The notes: generated by a model not told the origin, from the sequence alone. A stretch of 64,000 nucleotides of DNA from an uncultured virus (IMG/VR IMGVR_UViG_3300025121_000021) (IMGVR_UViG_3300025121_000021), one strand, 5' to 3'; positions 10,734 through 20,895 are shown, numbered from the stretch's first letter. Numbers and translations: made by a program.

Positions 10734-11116
10734 GCGTTTTAAATGATCTAGTTGGAAAAGCTATTAAAGAATCTGCTTACTTTAAGTTTCATAAAATTAA
10801 AGCTGAATATCCTTTAAATAGTATTAATCCCGATTGGAAATCTAAGAAAGAAAAAGTTGACTGGGCCATTCTATCTTGGGGAATAGCAATTGAAGTAGAT
10901 GGAGAACATCATTCTAAACCTACAAGATATGGAGGTATATCAGAAGGAGAAGCCGAAGATAAATTTGTTTCTCAAGTACGAAGAGATGACTATAAAAACT
11001 TTTATTGTCATGAAGCAGGTTGGCAACTTATAAGAATAAGTTATTTAGAACGATTAAAAACCGAAGACGAAATTATAGACTTTATCTTAGATGAGGTAGT
11101 AAATGGGGCAGGTTAA
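10730..11116 (+). CDS. DUF559/Vsr-like endonuclease
   Basis: IEVDGEHH and AGWQLIRI motifs. ATG at 10730 overlaps the upstream stop. Confidence 0.7.
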   Translation: MSVLNDLVGKAIKESAYFKFHKIKAEYPLNSINPDWKSKKEKVDWAILSWGIAIEVDGEHHSKPTRYGGISEGEAEDKFVSQVRRDDYKNFYCHEAGWQLIRISYLERLKTEDEIIDFILDEVVNGAG

Positions 11117-11705
11117 AACTGATAAATGGATCCTACCCGAAGGAGAGACTTGGCCAAATAAAACAGCCCCAATCAAACACATTGTTTTACATTGTACTGA
11201 TGTACAACCAGGAATCAATCAAAAAGAATGGGATGTTATAGCCAATATAAACAAAAATTACAGACGACCAAATAATCACATAAGTACAAAACCACTACCA
11301 TCAATACCATATCATTACGCAATAGGTGAATCTCAAGTATGGTGGCTCTTGGATGAGAAAAAACTAACATGGCACGCTAAAGGGATTAATATGTCTTCAA
11401 TAGGATTAGCTATGTTATATAGAGCTACAAATAGTAGATATTCGCCTCCTTACACTATGATGCTACGAGTAATAGATTTAATTGCTGAATTATTATTTAA
11501 ATTTAAACTAAACTTAGATAGCACAAAACTTAGTCCAAACACATCGGTTATGGGTCATAGAGAAGTTGGAAAATACTTAGATATGACAACTGAGAAGGGT
11601 CCAACGGTGTTGAAAGAATGTCCAGGAAATCTTATAGACCTGGATTTACTACGGTATGAAGTTATGTTACGATATGAAATTTTATTTGGAGGAAAAAATG
11701 GATAA
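11103..11705 (+). CDS. N-acetylmuramoyl-L-alanine amidase (Amidase_2 endolysin)
   Basis: IVLHCT, YHY, WHAKGIN, GHRE and KECPG Zn-binding motifs. Confidence 0.85.
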   Translation: MGQVKTDKWILPEGETWPNKTAPIKHIVLHCTDVQPGINQKEWDVIANINKNYRRPNNHISTKPLPSIPYHYAIGESQVWWLLDEKKLTWHAKGINMSSIGLAMLYRATNSRYSPPYTMMLRVIDLIAELLFKFKLNLDSTKLSPNTSVMGHREVGKYLDMTTEKGPTVLKECPGNLIDLDLLRYEVMLRYEILFGGKNG

Positions 11706-11851
11706 TTTATATATTAGCGAAGACGATCTTAAAAATGCAGTAACTAATTCAAACGCTTCACAGGTTTTCGTGGAAACTCTCTACGACGAAGATGAGGATA
11801 TGTTAGAATATATATTAGAGGCCGATAATTCTATCTTCTTTAATTGCTAAA

Positions 11852-12175
11852 ATGCATAGGTCAACTTGGAAAGCAATGGAAAGGAGAATAGCTCGGTTTT
11901 TTGGTGGGGAACGTAATATAGGATCGGGGTCATTGAACAGACCGGATAGATCATCGTCAGATAGCACACATCCTACTCTCTATATAGAGTGTAAGAGTCG
12001 TAAGAGTTTTTCCCTACTTACGCTTTGGCGCGACACACTTATAAAAGCTAATAAAGAAAAGAAAATTCCTTTGGTTGCCATTCACGAGCTTGGCAAACAG
12101 GGCGATTTTTTGCTTCTTAAAAAGGAGGATCTGCAAGCCATAGCAGCTCTTGTTTCGGAAGGTAAATTTGATTAA
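11852..12175 (+). CDS. Putative Holliday junction resolvase (Hjc-like)
   Basis: WKAMERRIA...D...IECK pattern. Confidence 0.6.
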   Translation: MHRSTWKAMERRIARFFGGERNIGSGSLNRPDRSSSDSTHPTLYIECKSRKSFSLLTLWRDTLIKANKEKKIPLVAIHELGKQGDFLLLKKEDLQAIAALVSEGKFD

Positions 12176-12206
12176 CCACTGCCCGTAAATTGAGTAGGAG
12201 AAAAAC

Positions 12207-13508
12207 ATGAATATCTGTATTGTTGACACAAATGTCCTTCTTGCCGATCCTTATATTGTAAATAAATTAGATGATGATCTCATTGTCGTTCCTCTTGCTG
12301 TCATAATGGAAATAGACAAGAAGAAAAAAGAACAATCAGATATTGGAATTTCCGCTCGCGAAACTTCTCGGGTTTTAAATAAATTAATAAGTGCGCCTGA
12401 AGTTCTTAATGCCAAAGGCAAAAAAATCGAATTTAAAGACGCGCAGACTCTTTATCCTTGCGAATTAAATAGCAGACTTAATCCACTTTTTGCCGACGAT
12501 GCCATTGTCATGATTGCAGCAGATTATGCAACGAATAATTTAAAAGACACAGTTGTTGTCTTCTCTGAAGATATTGCAGTAAGACTTAGAGCCAGAGCTT
12601 ATGGAGTTAAGTTTAGAAGTCTAGATAAGTTTTCTATAAAGACTGAAGGTCTATATTCCGGCTGGAGAACTGTAACTGTTAAAACAGAAATCATTGACAG
12701 ACTTTATGATAAAAGGATTGTAAAGGTAAAAGAAAAAGTTTTCTTCCCTAATGAGTGTGTTTTATTAAAATCTGAAGATGATAAAAGTCAAGCCTTAGCT
12801 CGTTTTGTTGAGAGTCGGGGAGGGTTAGTTCCTGTTACGACAAAGAATAAAAAAGCCTATGGTCTTGTATCTAAAAATCTAGAGCAGAGTTTTGCTTTAG
12901 ATCTTTTATTTGACCCAGCAATTAAATTAGTAACTTTAACCGGAGAGAGTGGTACGGGTAAAACAATTCTTGCCTGTGCTGCTGCTCTTCAGCAAACACT
13001 CGAAGATCATGAATATAGAAAGGTTTTAATTAGCCGTCCTATATTCCCATTAGGAAAAGACATCGGTTTCCTCCCTGGTCCGGCTTCTGAAAAATTAGAC
13101 CCTTGGATGCAACCAATTTATGATAATATTGAACTACTTAACTCGTTTAATCAACCAAAGAAAAATCACAAAGGTCAATCTAAAGAGAGAATAGTAGAAG
13201 AGTTAATAGAGGTCGAACCTATTACATATATTAGAGGACGTTCTATTCCACAACAATTTTTTATTATAGATGAAGCACAAAATACAACACGACACGAAAT
13301 AAAAACAATTATCACTCGTGTAGGAGAAGGAACTAAAATAGTCCTCACTGGAGATATTAAACAAATAGATAACCCTCATGTAGATATGTTCTCTAATGGA
13401 CTGTCTTATGTGGCAGAGAAATTTAAGGGATATGCTATTGCTGGTCATCTTGCTTTAACAAAAGGAGAGAGATCAGATTTGGCGACTTTAGCTTCTAAAA
13501 TTTTATGA
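12207..13508 (+). CDS. phoH: PhoH-family ATPase with N-terminal PIN domain
   Basis: VDTNVL PIN motif, GESGTGKT, IGFLPG, YIRGRS, DEAQN and GDIKQID. Confidence 0.9.
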   Translation: MNICIVDTNVLLADPYIVNKLDDDLIVVPLAVIMEIDKKKKEQSDIGISARETSRVLNKLISAPEVLNAKGKKIEFKDAQTLYPCELNSRLNPLFADDAIVMIAADYATNNLKDTVVVFSEDIAVRLRARAYGVKFRSLDKFSIKTEGLYSGWRTVTVKTEIIDRLYDKRIVKVKEKVFFPNECVLLKSEDDKSQALARFVESRGGLVPVTTKNKKAYGLVSKNLEQSFALDLLFDPAIKLVTLTGESGTGKTILACAAALQQTLEDHEYRKVLISRPIFPLGKDIGFLPGPASEKLDPWMQPIYDNIELLNSFNQPKKNHKGQSKERIVEELIEVEPITYIRGRSIPQQFFIIDEAQNTTRHEIKTIITRVGEGTKIVLTGDIKQIDNPHVDMFSNGLSYVAEKFKGYAIAGHLALTKGERSDLATLASKIL

Positions 13509-13514
13509 GGTATA

Positions 13515-13851
13515 ATGAAAACAGTTACAAAAGAACAGTTTGTACAATTTTTGAATGAACTTTTAGCGCTAGACAAAGAAGCAATACAGAAATTATTTTT
13601 TTTATAGGGTACCATGCAATAAATCCATGGCTGGTCATCCAACAGTACAGTGTAGAAAGATGAGCGACGAGACCTATTCAATGGGTCTTCTAGGATTATT
13701 GAATGGATTATTTGATGGTCCTGATGAGCATCCTCATTGGGGAGCTTTTTATAGGAACGTAAATGTGGATGATAATGGTGACGAGATTGAACTTATTAGT
13801 TTTGGCGTTATAACTAATGAACTAATAAAAAGCTGGAAAGAACAAGAATAA
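13515..13851 (+). pseudogene. Hypothetical gene split by a +1 frameshift in a T8 run
   Basis: ATG at 13515 (GAGG RBS) stops just after the T8 run at 13596-13603. Removing one T joins it in frame to ORF 13627..13851 (..KLFFYRVPCNKSMAGHPTVQ..). Confidence 0.6.
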
Positions 13852-13865
13852 ATAAGGAGTTTTTT

Positions 13866-13934
13866 ATGGCAGATAAGAAAAAGAAGTGTGGGAAGAAGAA
13901 GAAGGATTGTCAAGATTGCGATTGCGATTCTTGA
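13866..13934 (+). CDS. 22-aa Lys/Cys-rich microprotein MADKKKKCGKKKKDCQDCDCDS
   Basis: Strong TAAGGAG RBS upstream of the ATG. Last + strand ORF before the strand switch. Confidence 0.45.
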   Translation: MADKKKKCGKKKKDCQDCDCDS

Positions 13935-14161
13935 GGAGTTTCTAGCACTCTAAAAAAATAATATTCTCTCATCTCATTTTTTCTCCATTTAATGCCTGGT
14001 ATGCTATCAAGCATTTTATCTATATCCAAAGAACAAAGACAACATCCAAAATCTGAGATTTTATCATAAGCTTCGTCTTTAATTACTTGACCGCCTAAAT
14101 GTTTGACGATCATTATAAAGTCTTCTACTCTATCTATTTCGAATTTGGCTTTAGAGCACAT
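13910..14161 (-). CDS. Hypothetical Cys-containing protein
   Basis: ORF with GAGG RBS and CCLC. Confidence 0.5.
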   Translation of the reverse strand: MCSKAKFEIDRVEDFIMIVKHLGGQVIKDEAYDKISDFGCCLCSLDIDKMLDSIPGIKWRKNEMREYYFFRVLETPQESQSQS

Positions 14162-14193
14162 ACGTCCTCTCTATTTGTTTTGTCTTTTTATTA

Positions 14194-14519
14194 TTAAACT
14201 TTTAAATGAAATATTTCTTCTAATAACTCTTTCGTAAGATGGTTGTATGGCTGTATTGATATTGTGTCATGTACCACGTCAAGCCAATACCATATACATG
14301 TCTCTTCTCCTGGGTTTTCCCGTTGTTTCCTCCGTATATCTTCGCCATGAATTTCAAGATAGTTGTTTACTATGTTATCGATTCCCTGGCGTATTGTGTC
14401 CATTACTTCTTTTGTTAATGGCAATCCTACAAAGCTATTTAGGAAATTTCTAAGAGTGGCAGAGGAGTTAGATACAAGTTTGAGATAGAATTGATTCAGA
14501 GTATTTCATGCTTCTTCAT
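14194..14519 (-). pseudogene. Hypothetical gene, probable frameshift near its 5' end
   Basis: AGGAG RBS plus ATG at 14519 (MKKHEI) is out of frame with an open frame from ~14498 to 14194. Removing a CT dinucleotide restores it. Confidence 0.45.
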
Positions 14520-14550
14520 TTTTATCGGTTCTCCTGATTTCGTTTTTACC

Positions 14551-14988
14551 TCACGGTGTTGGTCTTTTAGCGTTGCACCGATAGCATAATGGACGTCTAC
14601 CGTCGTCCTGGTACACGATGTTGCCAATTTCTGGAGCAAACCCACAGACATTACAGCATTCCCTTTCCTCTTCCTCGTCTTCTACTGTAGCCTTCCATTT
14701 CATATCTGCTTCTTGCGACGCCCTAAGAGCACTTTTACAAGCATAAGAGATTGATTCCTGGTTTCGTTTTAACCTGGCAATTTCTATCTCAGCAGTATTT
14801 AAATTTGCCGCAATAATACGTATAGTTGCTTCGAGATAATCAATTAAACTACAAGGATCAGCATCAAGAGACTGAAGTTTTTCGCCCCTAAGTTGGTCTT
14901 GCTTCCCCTCTGTGTCGTAAATAATAGCATAAATGTAAGAATCGTATTCTTGTTCCTCTTCTTTTTCTTCGGTGGTCTCAATAATCAT
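14551..14988 (-). CDS. Hypothetical coiled-coil protein with C-terminal Zn finger
   Basis: CCNVC...CYRC. Confidence 0.55.
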   Translation of the reverse strand: MIIETTEEKEEEQEYDSYIYAIIYDTEGKQDQLRGEKLQSLDADPCSLIDYLEATIRIIAANLNTAEIEIARLKRNQESISYACKSALRASQEADMKWKATVEDEEEERECCNVCGFAPEIGNIVYQDDGRRPLCYRCNAKRPTP

Positions 14989-15209
14989 TCATCACCTGTC
15001 GTTTTGTCTTTAAAAAACTTACATGTCAAATATAAGACTCCTAGAGTGTCTCTTGATACTGCATAGTCATCTAGGTCAACTATTTCCTTACAGTTGTCCC
15101 AAGGACCCTTTGTGCAAAATTGGCAACAATAAAGTATGTGTTCAATATCTGCGAATTTATCTCTCTCTGGTAATCCTTCTGTCCACGCATATCCTGGTTG
15201 GTGACTCAT
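14985..15209 (-). CDS. Hypothetical Cys-rich protein
   Basis: ATGA overlaps at both ends and a GGAGG RBS. Confidence 0.5.
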   Translation of the reverse strand: MSHQPGYAWTEGLPERDKFADIEHILYCCQFCTKGPWDNCKEIVDLDDYAVSRDTLGVLYLTCKFFKDKTTGDE

Positions 15210-15682
15210 GATTTCCTCCCGTACTTTTCTCGGTCTAACTCATCAACAGCACTCCTTTTCAGATATTCACCCTCAGCAAGGGCAAGCAGTAACTTTTCCC
15301 GAGCGATTTCCTTTTGCTTCATGTCACTGGCCGCAGACTCCTCGCTGGTAAACGATCTCGTTTCGATCTCGTGTAGAGTTCAAGACGAAATTCCTGCCGG
15401 GTGAATGAGTATTTTCCTCCCACACTCACATTGCACTGCAACATCCTGCTGAAAATTCAATTTTTCATTTCTCATCATTGAGAAAAACACTTTGTCCTTC
15501 GTTGCTTCGAATGCTGCTCTCGCACAGCATGGATGCTCCTCTATAAAATATGAGTCGCTGATCGGAGGGAAAACAGCGGTAATCGCCTCAGTTGGTATAT
15601 TCATACCTCCCTCAAATAAAACTTCCGCATTTAGGGTCGAAGTACCTTGGTGCCCTGGTTTAGGAATTGTATTAGTGGCCAT
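15206..15682 (-). pseudogene. Hypothetical gene with in-frame TGA at 15380-15382
   Basis: The same frame continues 57 codons past the stop and ends in an ATGA overlap with the next gene. Confidence 0.5.
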
Positions 15683-15977
15683 ACTTTTTAGTTAAAAATG
15701 CTGTGGCTTCTTTTATGCAGTCTTCCCATTGTTGGTCTTTATCTAAGATTGCTTTCCATCCAGTTGAGCCTGTAATATCTCGTAACTTAGACTTTGATAA
15801 AAGAACCTGAATCTGCTTGAAAACAATTCCTTCTGTAGTATTTTCATCCCAATCTTTATTCGCACTTGCTATATGTTTTTGCATAATATCAAGAGAGACT
15901 TTTCTTAATTCTATTTCAAGTAAAGCAATAGCTAAAATATCAATTATTTCTTGTTTGCTGATGTCGTCTGGAAACAT
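15672..15977 (-). CDS. Hypothetical protein
   Basis: ORF in operon context. Confidence 0.55.
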   Translation of the reverse strand: MFPDDISKQEIIDILAIALLEIELRKVSLDIMQKHIASANKDWDENTTEGIVFKQIQVLLSKSKLRDITGSTGWKAILDKDQQWEDCIKEATAFLTKKYGH

Positions 15978-16429
15978 TTTTTTACCTCTTCTGCTTGTCC
16001 TTTACATTCACACCGACCCCAAATAGCACAACTGTTAATGAAGTCTTCAACCTCTTTTGGTAATTTTGGTTTCTCTCGTAGCTGTTTTTCTAATTCTAAA
16101 ACTTTTTGATAATATTCTTTGCTTGATCTCCACGCAATTGCCATCATACTATCCGAATTGTCAAAATGTTTTGTTTTTAAGTTTCCATATTCGAGTTTGA
16201 GTGTTCTTAACTCTTCTCCTTGGAGATAATTGTTTTTCTGGTGTTCTTTTAACTTTTCTCCATAAAACAATGTCTTTTCTACAGCTTCGGCACTTGCTTT
16301 TTCTTTGAATACGTTAAACGATATATCAAGATGCTTGGCGCGATGTTTCCAATAAACTTTGAAAAAGAGTGTTACTCCTAATAAAATTGTTTCAACAATA
16401 ATAATCCCTATTAATATAGAGCTATACAT
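15944..16429 (-). CDS. Hypothetical membrane-anchored coiled-coil protein
   Basis: N-terminal TM helix. Confidence 0.55.
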   Translation of the reverse strand: MYSSILIGIIIVETILLGVTLFFKVYWKHRAKHLDISFNVFKEKASAEAVEKTLFYGEKLKEHQKNNYLQGEELRTLKLEYGNLKTKHFDNSDSMMAIAWRSSKEYYQKVLELEKQLREKPKLPKEVEDFINSCAIWGRCECKGQAEEVKKCFQTTSANKK

Positions 16430-16441
16430 AAACTTCCTTGC

Positions 16442-16957
16442 TTAACTCGGAACAACTTCTGGAGTTACAGATATTCTTTGATAATGCTTGTCTATAAGGG
16501 CAATCATCTTTGTGAAGAAATTGAAAGTATCAATTTTTTCTACTTCTAAAGCAAAATTATCTTCGATCCAAAAATCAAATGATTTACCTGGCAGTTGGAA
16601 TGTTATCTGTAAATGTCTATATCCTACGTCGTCACTTAACAACCATGTAACAATATCTAAACCATCTGAAGTGTCATCATTTAATATACAATAACCTTTT
16701 ATTGGTTCTTGATTTGGAACAAGATTTCTAAATGTTTCTTCTAAAGACTTAAATATATCCGATAGTTTAAGTAACATTTTTGTATCGCAATATAAAGATA
16801 TAGTATGCGTTTGATCTGCTAAAATTATTTGAACAGAATCTGAAACCCAAAACTCTGGAAATATTTCAAATTGATATTTAAAGTCAAAATTATTAGTTAC
16901 ATAAAGAAGGTCTCCTTCTTTGTCACCGTCTTTGAGTACTTGTTCAAGTAGTATCAT
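16442..16957 (-). CDS. Hypothetical protein
   Basis: ORF with AGGAG RBS. Confidence 0.55.
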   Translation of the reverse strand: MILLEQVLKDGDKEGDLLYVTNNFDFKYQFEIFPEFWVSDSVQIILADQTHTISLYCDTKMLLKLSDIFKSLEETFRNLVPNQEPIKGYCILNDDTSDGLDIVTWLLSDDVGYRHLQITFQLPGKSFDFWIEDNFALEVEKIDTFNFFTKMIALIDKHYQRISVTPEVVPS

Positions 16958-16964
16958 ATTTCTC

Positions 16965-18782
16965 CTATGAAAGTAGATGTGATTTTTTTATTTCATTATC
17001 TATTTCTTTTACCCAATGAATCATTTCTCTAGTCCATGTAGTTAGAATTTTTAATTCTTTCTCTAACTCTTTTGACCTATTTAATGGAAGCGCATAGTAT
17101 TCAATAAATAGTCTTGTATGGAATGGCAATATAACATCCATCAAGACCTTACTAAATAACGGGTAAAATGTTAGTATTTTATCTAAATGTTTTTCATAGT
17201 CTTTAATATTGCTAGAGAACTTTGACTCTAGCTTGACGAGAAATTCAGATAAGTCTGTATGTAAATTAGATAAAAAGTCTTGCGCCTCTTTTAATTTGTT
17301 TTTTATTTCTATTGTTGTTTCGTATATTGAAACCGGTTTGTTTGCCTCTCGTTTTAAAGGACAAATAACTTTTTGCGGAAGTATTCTTAACAGGTCATCA
17401 AAATCTATTCTTTTAGAATCGATTATTTGAATTCCATATTCTTTAGGTATAACATTATAAAAATTAAGTCCAAATTTATTAATCATAAAAGTAGTGGTAT
17501 CTGAGAAGTAAGCCCAAATTTGATTTGTCTTACGAGGTAATTCACAATTACCCATTTTTTCTATGATTTTATCGTCTGTTTTTTCTATCTCTATGTCTGG
17601 ATCGTTGTTAAGTAATACGTTCTCTGTATGACTTTTGCCACTAAACGGATCATAAGCTAAATCATTTCCTAATACGGCAATAGTAGAACATCCCATTCTG
17701 TGTAACATAGCAATAGCTAAGTTTGAAACAGTAGGGCCTATATAGTTAGGTTCGAGTTTTGGGAATAGCCAATTAACAAAATGTAAAATTCCCGAACTAA
17801 ATATTAATGGTCTGTTGCCATAAGTTTTCATGATCTCTGGATGTTGTAACGCCAAACAAAAGAGAGGAAGATCATTGGGTATACTATTCATTTCAAAGAA
17901 TTTTTTAATTTCTTCATGCCTTTCTAAGGTTGCTACAGCATCAAGTTCTAGTTGTGAATCTAACGAAATCTTTAATGAAGAATCGCAGCATATAATAACT
18001 GCGCGGCCATTTAATTCCTTAAGTCTATCTTTATAGAGATCAAGAGAAGGACCAGAACATATAACTATCCCTGGTAATCCTTTGCATATATCTTTATACT
18101 CGACAGATCTATGACTAGCAATAATCGTTTCTATATTTTGTATAATATGTTGCACGCCTAGAAAATAATCTGCACTTGAATTGCCGTAAGTTTTAATAAC
18201 TGTTTTTATGGCTTCCATTGTTACAGCATCATAATCTTTATAGATTTGTAAAAATCTATTAGAAGTTTCTAGCAAAGTAACCCTTCTAATGCATTTCAAA
18301 CTCATCCCCCAAGGGTGCCTACTAAGAATATCTATCAATGTCGTTTTAATACTAATAGGAACCATTCCTATTAAGAAGAATACGTTAGCATGGTTAATCA
18401 GATTAGTTCTATCAACGGCATGTAAAAATGCACGAAATACTTCTATATCGTGTTCAAGAATTATGTGGCCAAAAGTTATTGGATTCTTTTTGGCGAGAAT
18501 TTGATCTATTTGATGTCCTAGACCAAGACCATAATATAGGATAATCCTAGGAGGTGGAACATCTGTTTTCTGATTCTCAAAAGAAATTTTTAGATCTTCT
18601 TCTGCTGCTTTATAGTCACCTATGACTCTGGCTACTCCTTTGTCCTCAAAAGTCAGATATATATTTTTATTAAGTTGTTTCAGTTTATATCGCGGGTCTT
18701 CGGGAGTCTCTTTTAGATGTTTCCAGAGATCTGGATATCTATATTTTAAGGCATATAAGTTTTTTTTATAAAAATCTTTCAT
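16965..18782 (-). CDS. Maf-type (motility accessory factor, DUF115/MptE-like) glycosyltransferase
   Basis: YGLGLGH N-terminal domain, IVICSGPSLD, ICCDSSL and GPTVSNLAIAMLHRMGCSTIAVLGNDLAY. Length ~600 aa matches Maf proteins. Confidence 0.75.
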   Translation of the reverse strand: MKDFYKKNLYALKYRYPDLWKHLKETPEDPRYKLKQLNKNIYLTFEDKGVARVIGDYKAAEEDLKISFENQKTDVPPPRIILYYGLGLGHQIDQILAKKNPITFGHIILEHDIEVFRAFLHAVDRTNLINHANVFFLIGMVPISIKTTLIDILSRHPWGMSLKCIRRVTLLETSNRFLQIYKDYDAVTMEAIKTVIKTYGNSSADYFLGVQHIIQNIETIIASHRSVEYKDICKGLPGIVICSGPSLDLYKDRLKELNGRAVIICCDSSLKISLDSQLELDAVATLERHEEIKKFFEMNSIPNDLPLFCLALQHPEIMKTYGNRPLIFSSGILHFVNWLFPKLEPNYIGPTVSNLAIAMLHRMGCSTIAVLGNDLAYDPFSGKSHTENVLLNNDPDIEIEKTDDKIIEKMGNCELPRKTNQIWAYFSDTTTFMINKFGLNFYNVIPKEYGIQIIDSKRIDFDDLLRILPQKVICPLKREANKPVSIYETTIEIKNKLKEAQDFLSNLHTDLSEFLVKLESKFSSNIKDYEKHLDKILTFYPLFSKVLMDVILPFHTRLFIEYYALPLNRSKELEKELKILTTWTREMIHWVKEIDNEIKKSHLLS

Positions 18783-18783
18783 A

Positions 18784-19962
18784 TTAAAAATTTGTTACAT
18801 CATATAAATAAGTTGTTTCTTCTGCCTGTGCAAAGGCTTCATCTCGACTTTGTCCTTCTTGAATAGCTCGAATAGCACGTTTCTGAGACTGGCACTTTTC
18901 TCCAAATTCAATTTTGACTTGGTCAATTTTCTTCATATTTAGTTGAAGATTTTTCAACAGACCCCGTAAACTATCAAGACAATATTCCATTGTTCCAAAA
19001 ATAATAGAACAAGTAATCTTTTCATGAGCCGAGTGAGATATATCTCTATAGTTCCACAAAGGGATAGTACTATAGAGAGAATTACATAGGCTGATGATTA
19101 AATTAGTTAAACCACAGATACGTTCTTCTAAAACCGGATTAACTTTATGAGGCATAGATGATGATCCTCTTTGATGAGGAGACTTATAGGTGATAAGTTC
19201 GTCTACACCTTCTATTTGCATAAGTCTTAGGTCTTGAACAATTTTATGTATAGATCCTGCTAAAATTGCTATATTATTAAAATATGTTTGATATAGATCT
19301 CTGGAAATAATTTGCGTCGAAATATTTTCTTTTTCGAGAGATAAAGAATAAAGTGTTTTTTCTATCATACGTAGGTCTTGTTTTTGGAAGTATTTACTTT
19401 CCCCAACAGACCCATTGAATTTGCCATAATAAATATGGCTTCCTAAATTCAATTGACTAGTTAAAAACATTTCATTCCAATTTTCAAATAGACTAGACAC
19501 AGAAATTTCTTCTGCAAATTTTCCATGAGTTCTGATCAACATTGTTTTTTCAGAATAGTATAGTCCTAAATTTGTCAATTCATGTCTACACAAATTAAGG
19601 CTTTCCCTTATGATATTAATACTGTCTCTCATCATAAGACTATAAGCTGTATCTTTTAAATCACTAGATGTTAACCCTGCATAATATTTACCAATATCTA
19701 AGTCTTGGAAAATGTATTCCATTAATTCTAGAAAAGCATGTATATCATGTTTATAATAATCGTTTAAATGACTCCAGAGCTTGACGTTTTCGTCGGTTAA
19801 TTCCACCAAACTTAGGTCTTCTAATGTGACAGATTGATGCTCATATCGCATTCGATAATAAATAAATGTTCCAAGGACTTTTGCCCAAGTTTCTAACATA
19901 TATTTAAGTGACCAAATTTTTTCACATTGAGGACCTATGTATGGAGAAATTAAATCTAACAT
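18784..19962 (-). CDS. purB: Adenylosuccinate lyase
   Basis: GLTSSD, RTHG, fumarase-family signature GSSSMPHKVNP and RDISHS. Confidence 0.9.
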   Translation of the reverse strand: MLDLISPYIGPQCEKIWSLKYMLETWAKVLGTFIYYRMRYEHQSVTLEDLSLVELTDENVKLWSHLNDYYKHDIHAFLELMEYIFQDLDIGKYYAGLTSSDLKDTAYSLMMRDSINIIRESLNLCRHELTNLGLYYSEKTMLIRTHGKFAEEISVSSLFENWNEMFLTSQLNLGSHIYYGKFNGSVGESKYFQKQDLRMIEKTLYSLSLEKENISTQIISRDLYQTYFNNIAILAGSIHKIVQDLRLMQIEGVDELITYKSPHQRGSSSMPHKVNPVLEERICGLTNLIISLCNSLYSTIPLWNYRDISHSAHEKITCSIIFGTMEYCLDSLRGLLKNLQLNMKKIDQVKIEFGEKCQSQKRAIRAIQEGQSRDEAFAQAEETTYLYDVTNF

Positions 19963-20894
19963 GGTAATACCTCTATTTCTGGACCAGGTGACCAACTTAA
20001 ATATTTTACCCTAGGAATTATACGACGAATGGCACCTAAATATTCGCTAATTGTGCAAAAATCGTGGCGCTCATTTTTGTATATAAAAGCTTTCATCGTG
20101 GTATGAACTAAGACATCACATTTAGTAATAGCGATTTCGTCTATAGGAACCGTATTCAATACTGTCTTGATTTCGTCTAGATCTAGTAAATAACATTTAC
20201 GAGGTCTACCTGTAGTAGTACCATATTCATGGCCTATCTCGCGTAGTAAGGGTAGGTCTTCCCTATATGGAGGTCCCTCACCTACTCTTGTTGTATAGGC
20301 CTTCATGACGCCTACAATGCGTTTAATCCCATATCTACAAGATGGGAATATGCTTGATGAAGTAACGAATGGGTAATGACCGCAATCTACATCTAAGAAA
20401 AAGCCTTGGTTTCCCTCGAAGAGATAAGATCCATTATAGAAAATTTTATTTTCATATGACTGAAACGGAGTAATAGAATCTAAATCTCTAATACGGTGAC
20501 CAATCCTCATCGCTTTATCTCGGTAACAAGGGCCATTACCACTTCCAGTTGTCCCTAGTTTATGGTTTGCGTCTTCTTCTTTATGAGAAGATGTAATGAG
20601 ATGTGTATTTTTGTGGATATGTATTAGTTCGGGATCAAACCCGGTTGCTTCTTTTTGAAGTTTTTCTAAGTCTATTACCATTCCTGGTTCTAGATAGCAA
20701 GGAAGTCCTTCTACTATCCCACATGGTAAGTGATGAAGCTTGTAAGTAGTTCCATCTTTTACTACAGTATGACCTGCGTTGCAGCCTCCTGAGTATCTGA
20801 CACATCCTTCAAAAGTTTCATGCGTTACTAGATGGTGAACTACTTTTCCTTTACCTTCATCTCCATACTGCATTCCAAAAACTAATGTATTCAT
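19956..20894 (-). CDS. purA: Adenylosuccinate synthetase (short form)
   Basis: QYGDEGKGK, GGCNAGHT, GTTG.G.GP.Y.DK, YPFVTSS, KAYTTRVGEGP and EYGTTTGRPR. Confidence 0.9.
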   Translation of the reverse strand: MNTLVFGMQYGDEGKGKVVHHLVTHETFEGCVRYSGGCNAGHTVVKDGTTYKLHHLPCGIVEGLPCYLEPGMVIDLEKLQKEATGFDPELIHIHKNTHLITSSHKEEDANHKLGTTGSGNGPCYRDKAMRIGHRIRDLDSITPFQSYENKIFYNGSYLFEGNQGFFLDVDCGHYPFVTSSSIFPSCRYGIKRIVGVMKAYTTRVGEGPPYREDLPLLREIGHEYGTTTGRPRKCYLLDLDEIKTVLNTVPIDEIAITKCDVLVHTTMKAFIYKNERHDFCTISEYLGAIRRIIPRVKYLSWSPGPEIEVLPC

Positions 20895-20895
20895 A

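Noticed and set aside
19956..20894. PurZ (2-aminoadenine DNA pathway)
   Set aside because: It has the PurA-type catalytic Asp in GDEGKG and the TTTGRPR loop rather than the PurZ Ser variant. No DatZ/MazZ-like neighbours were recognised.
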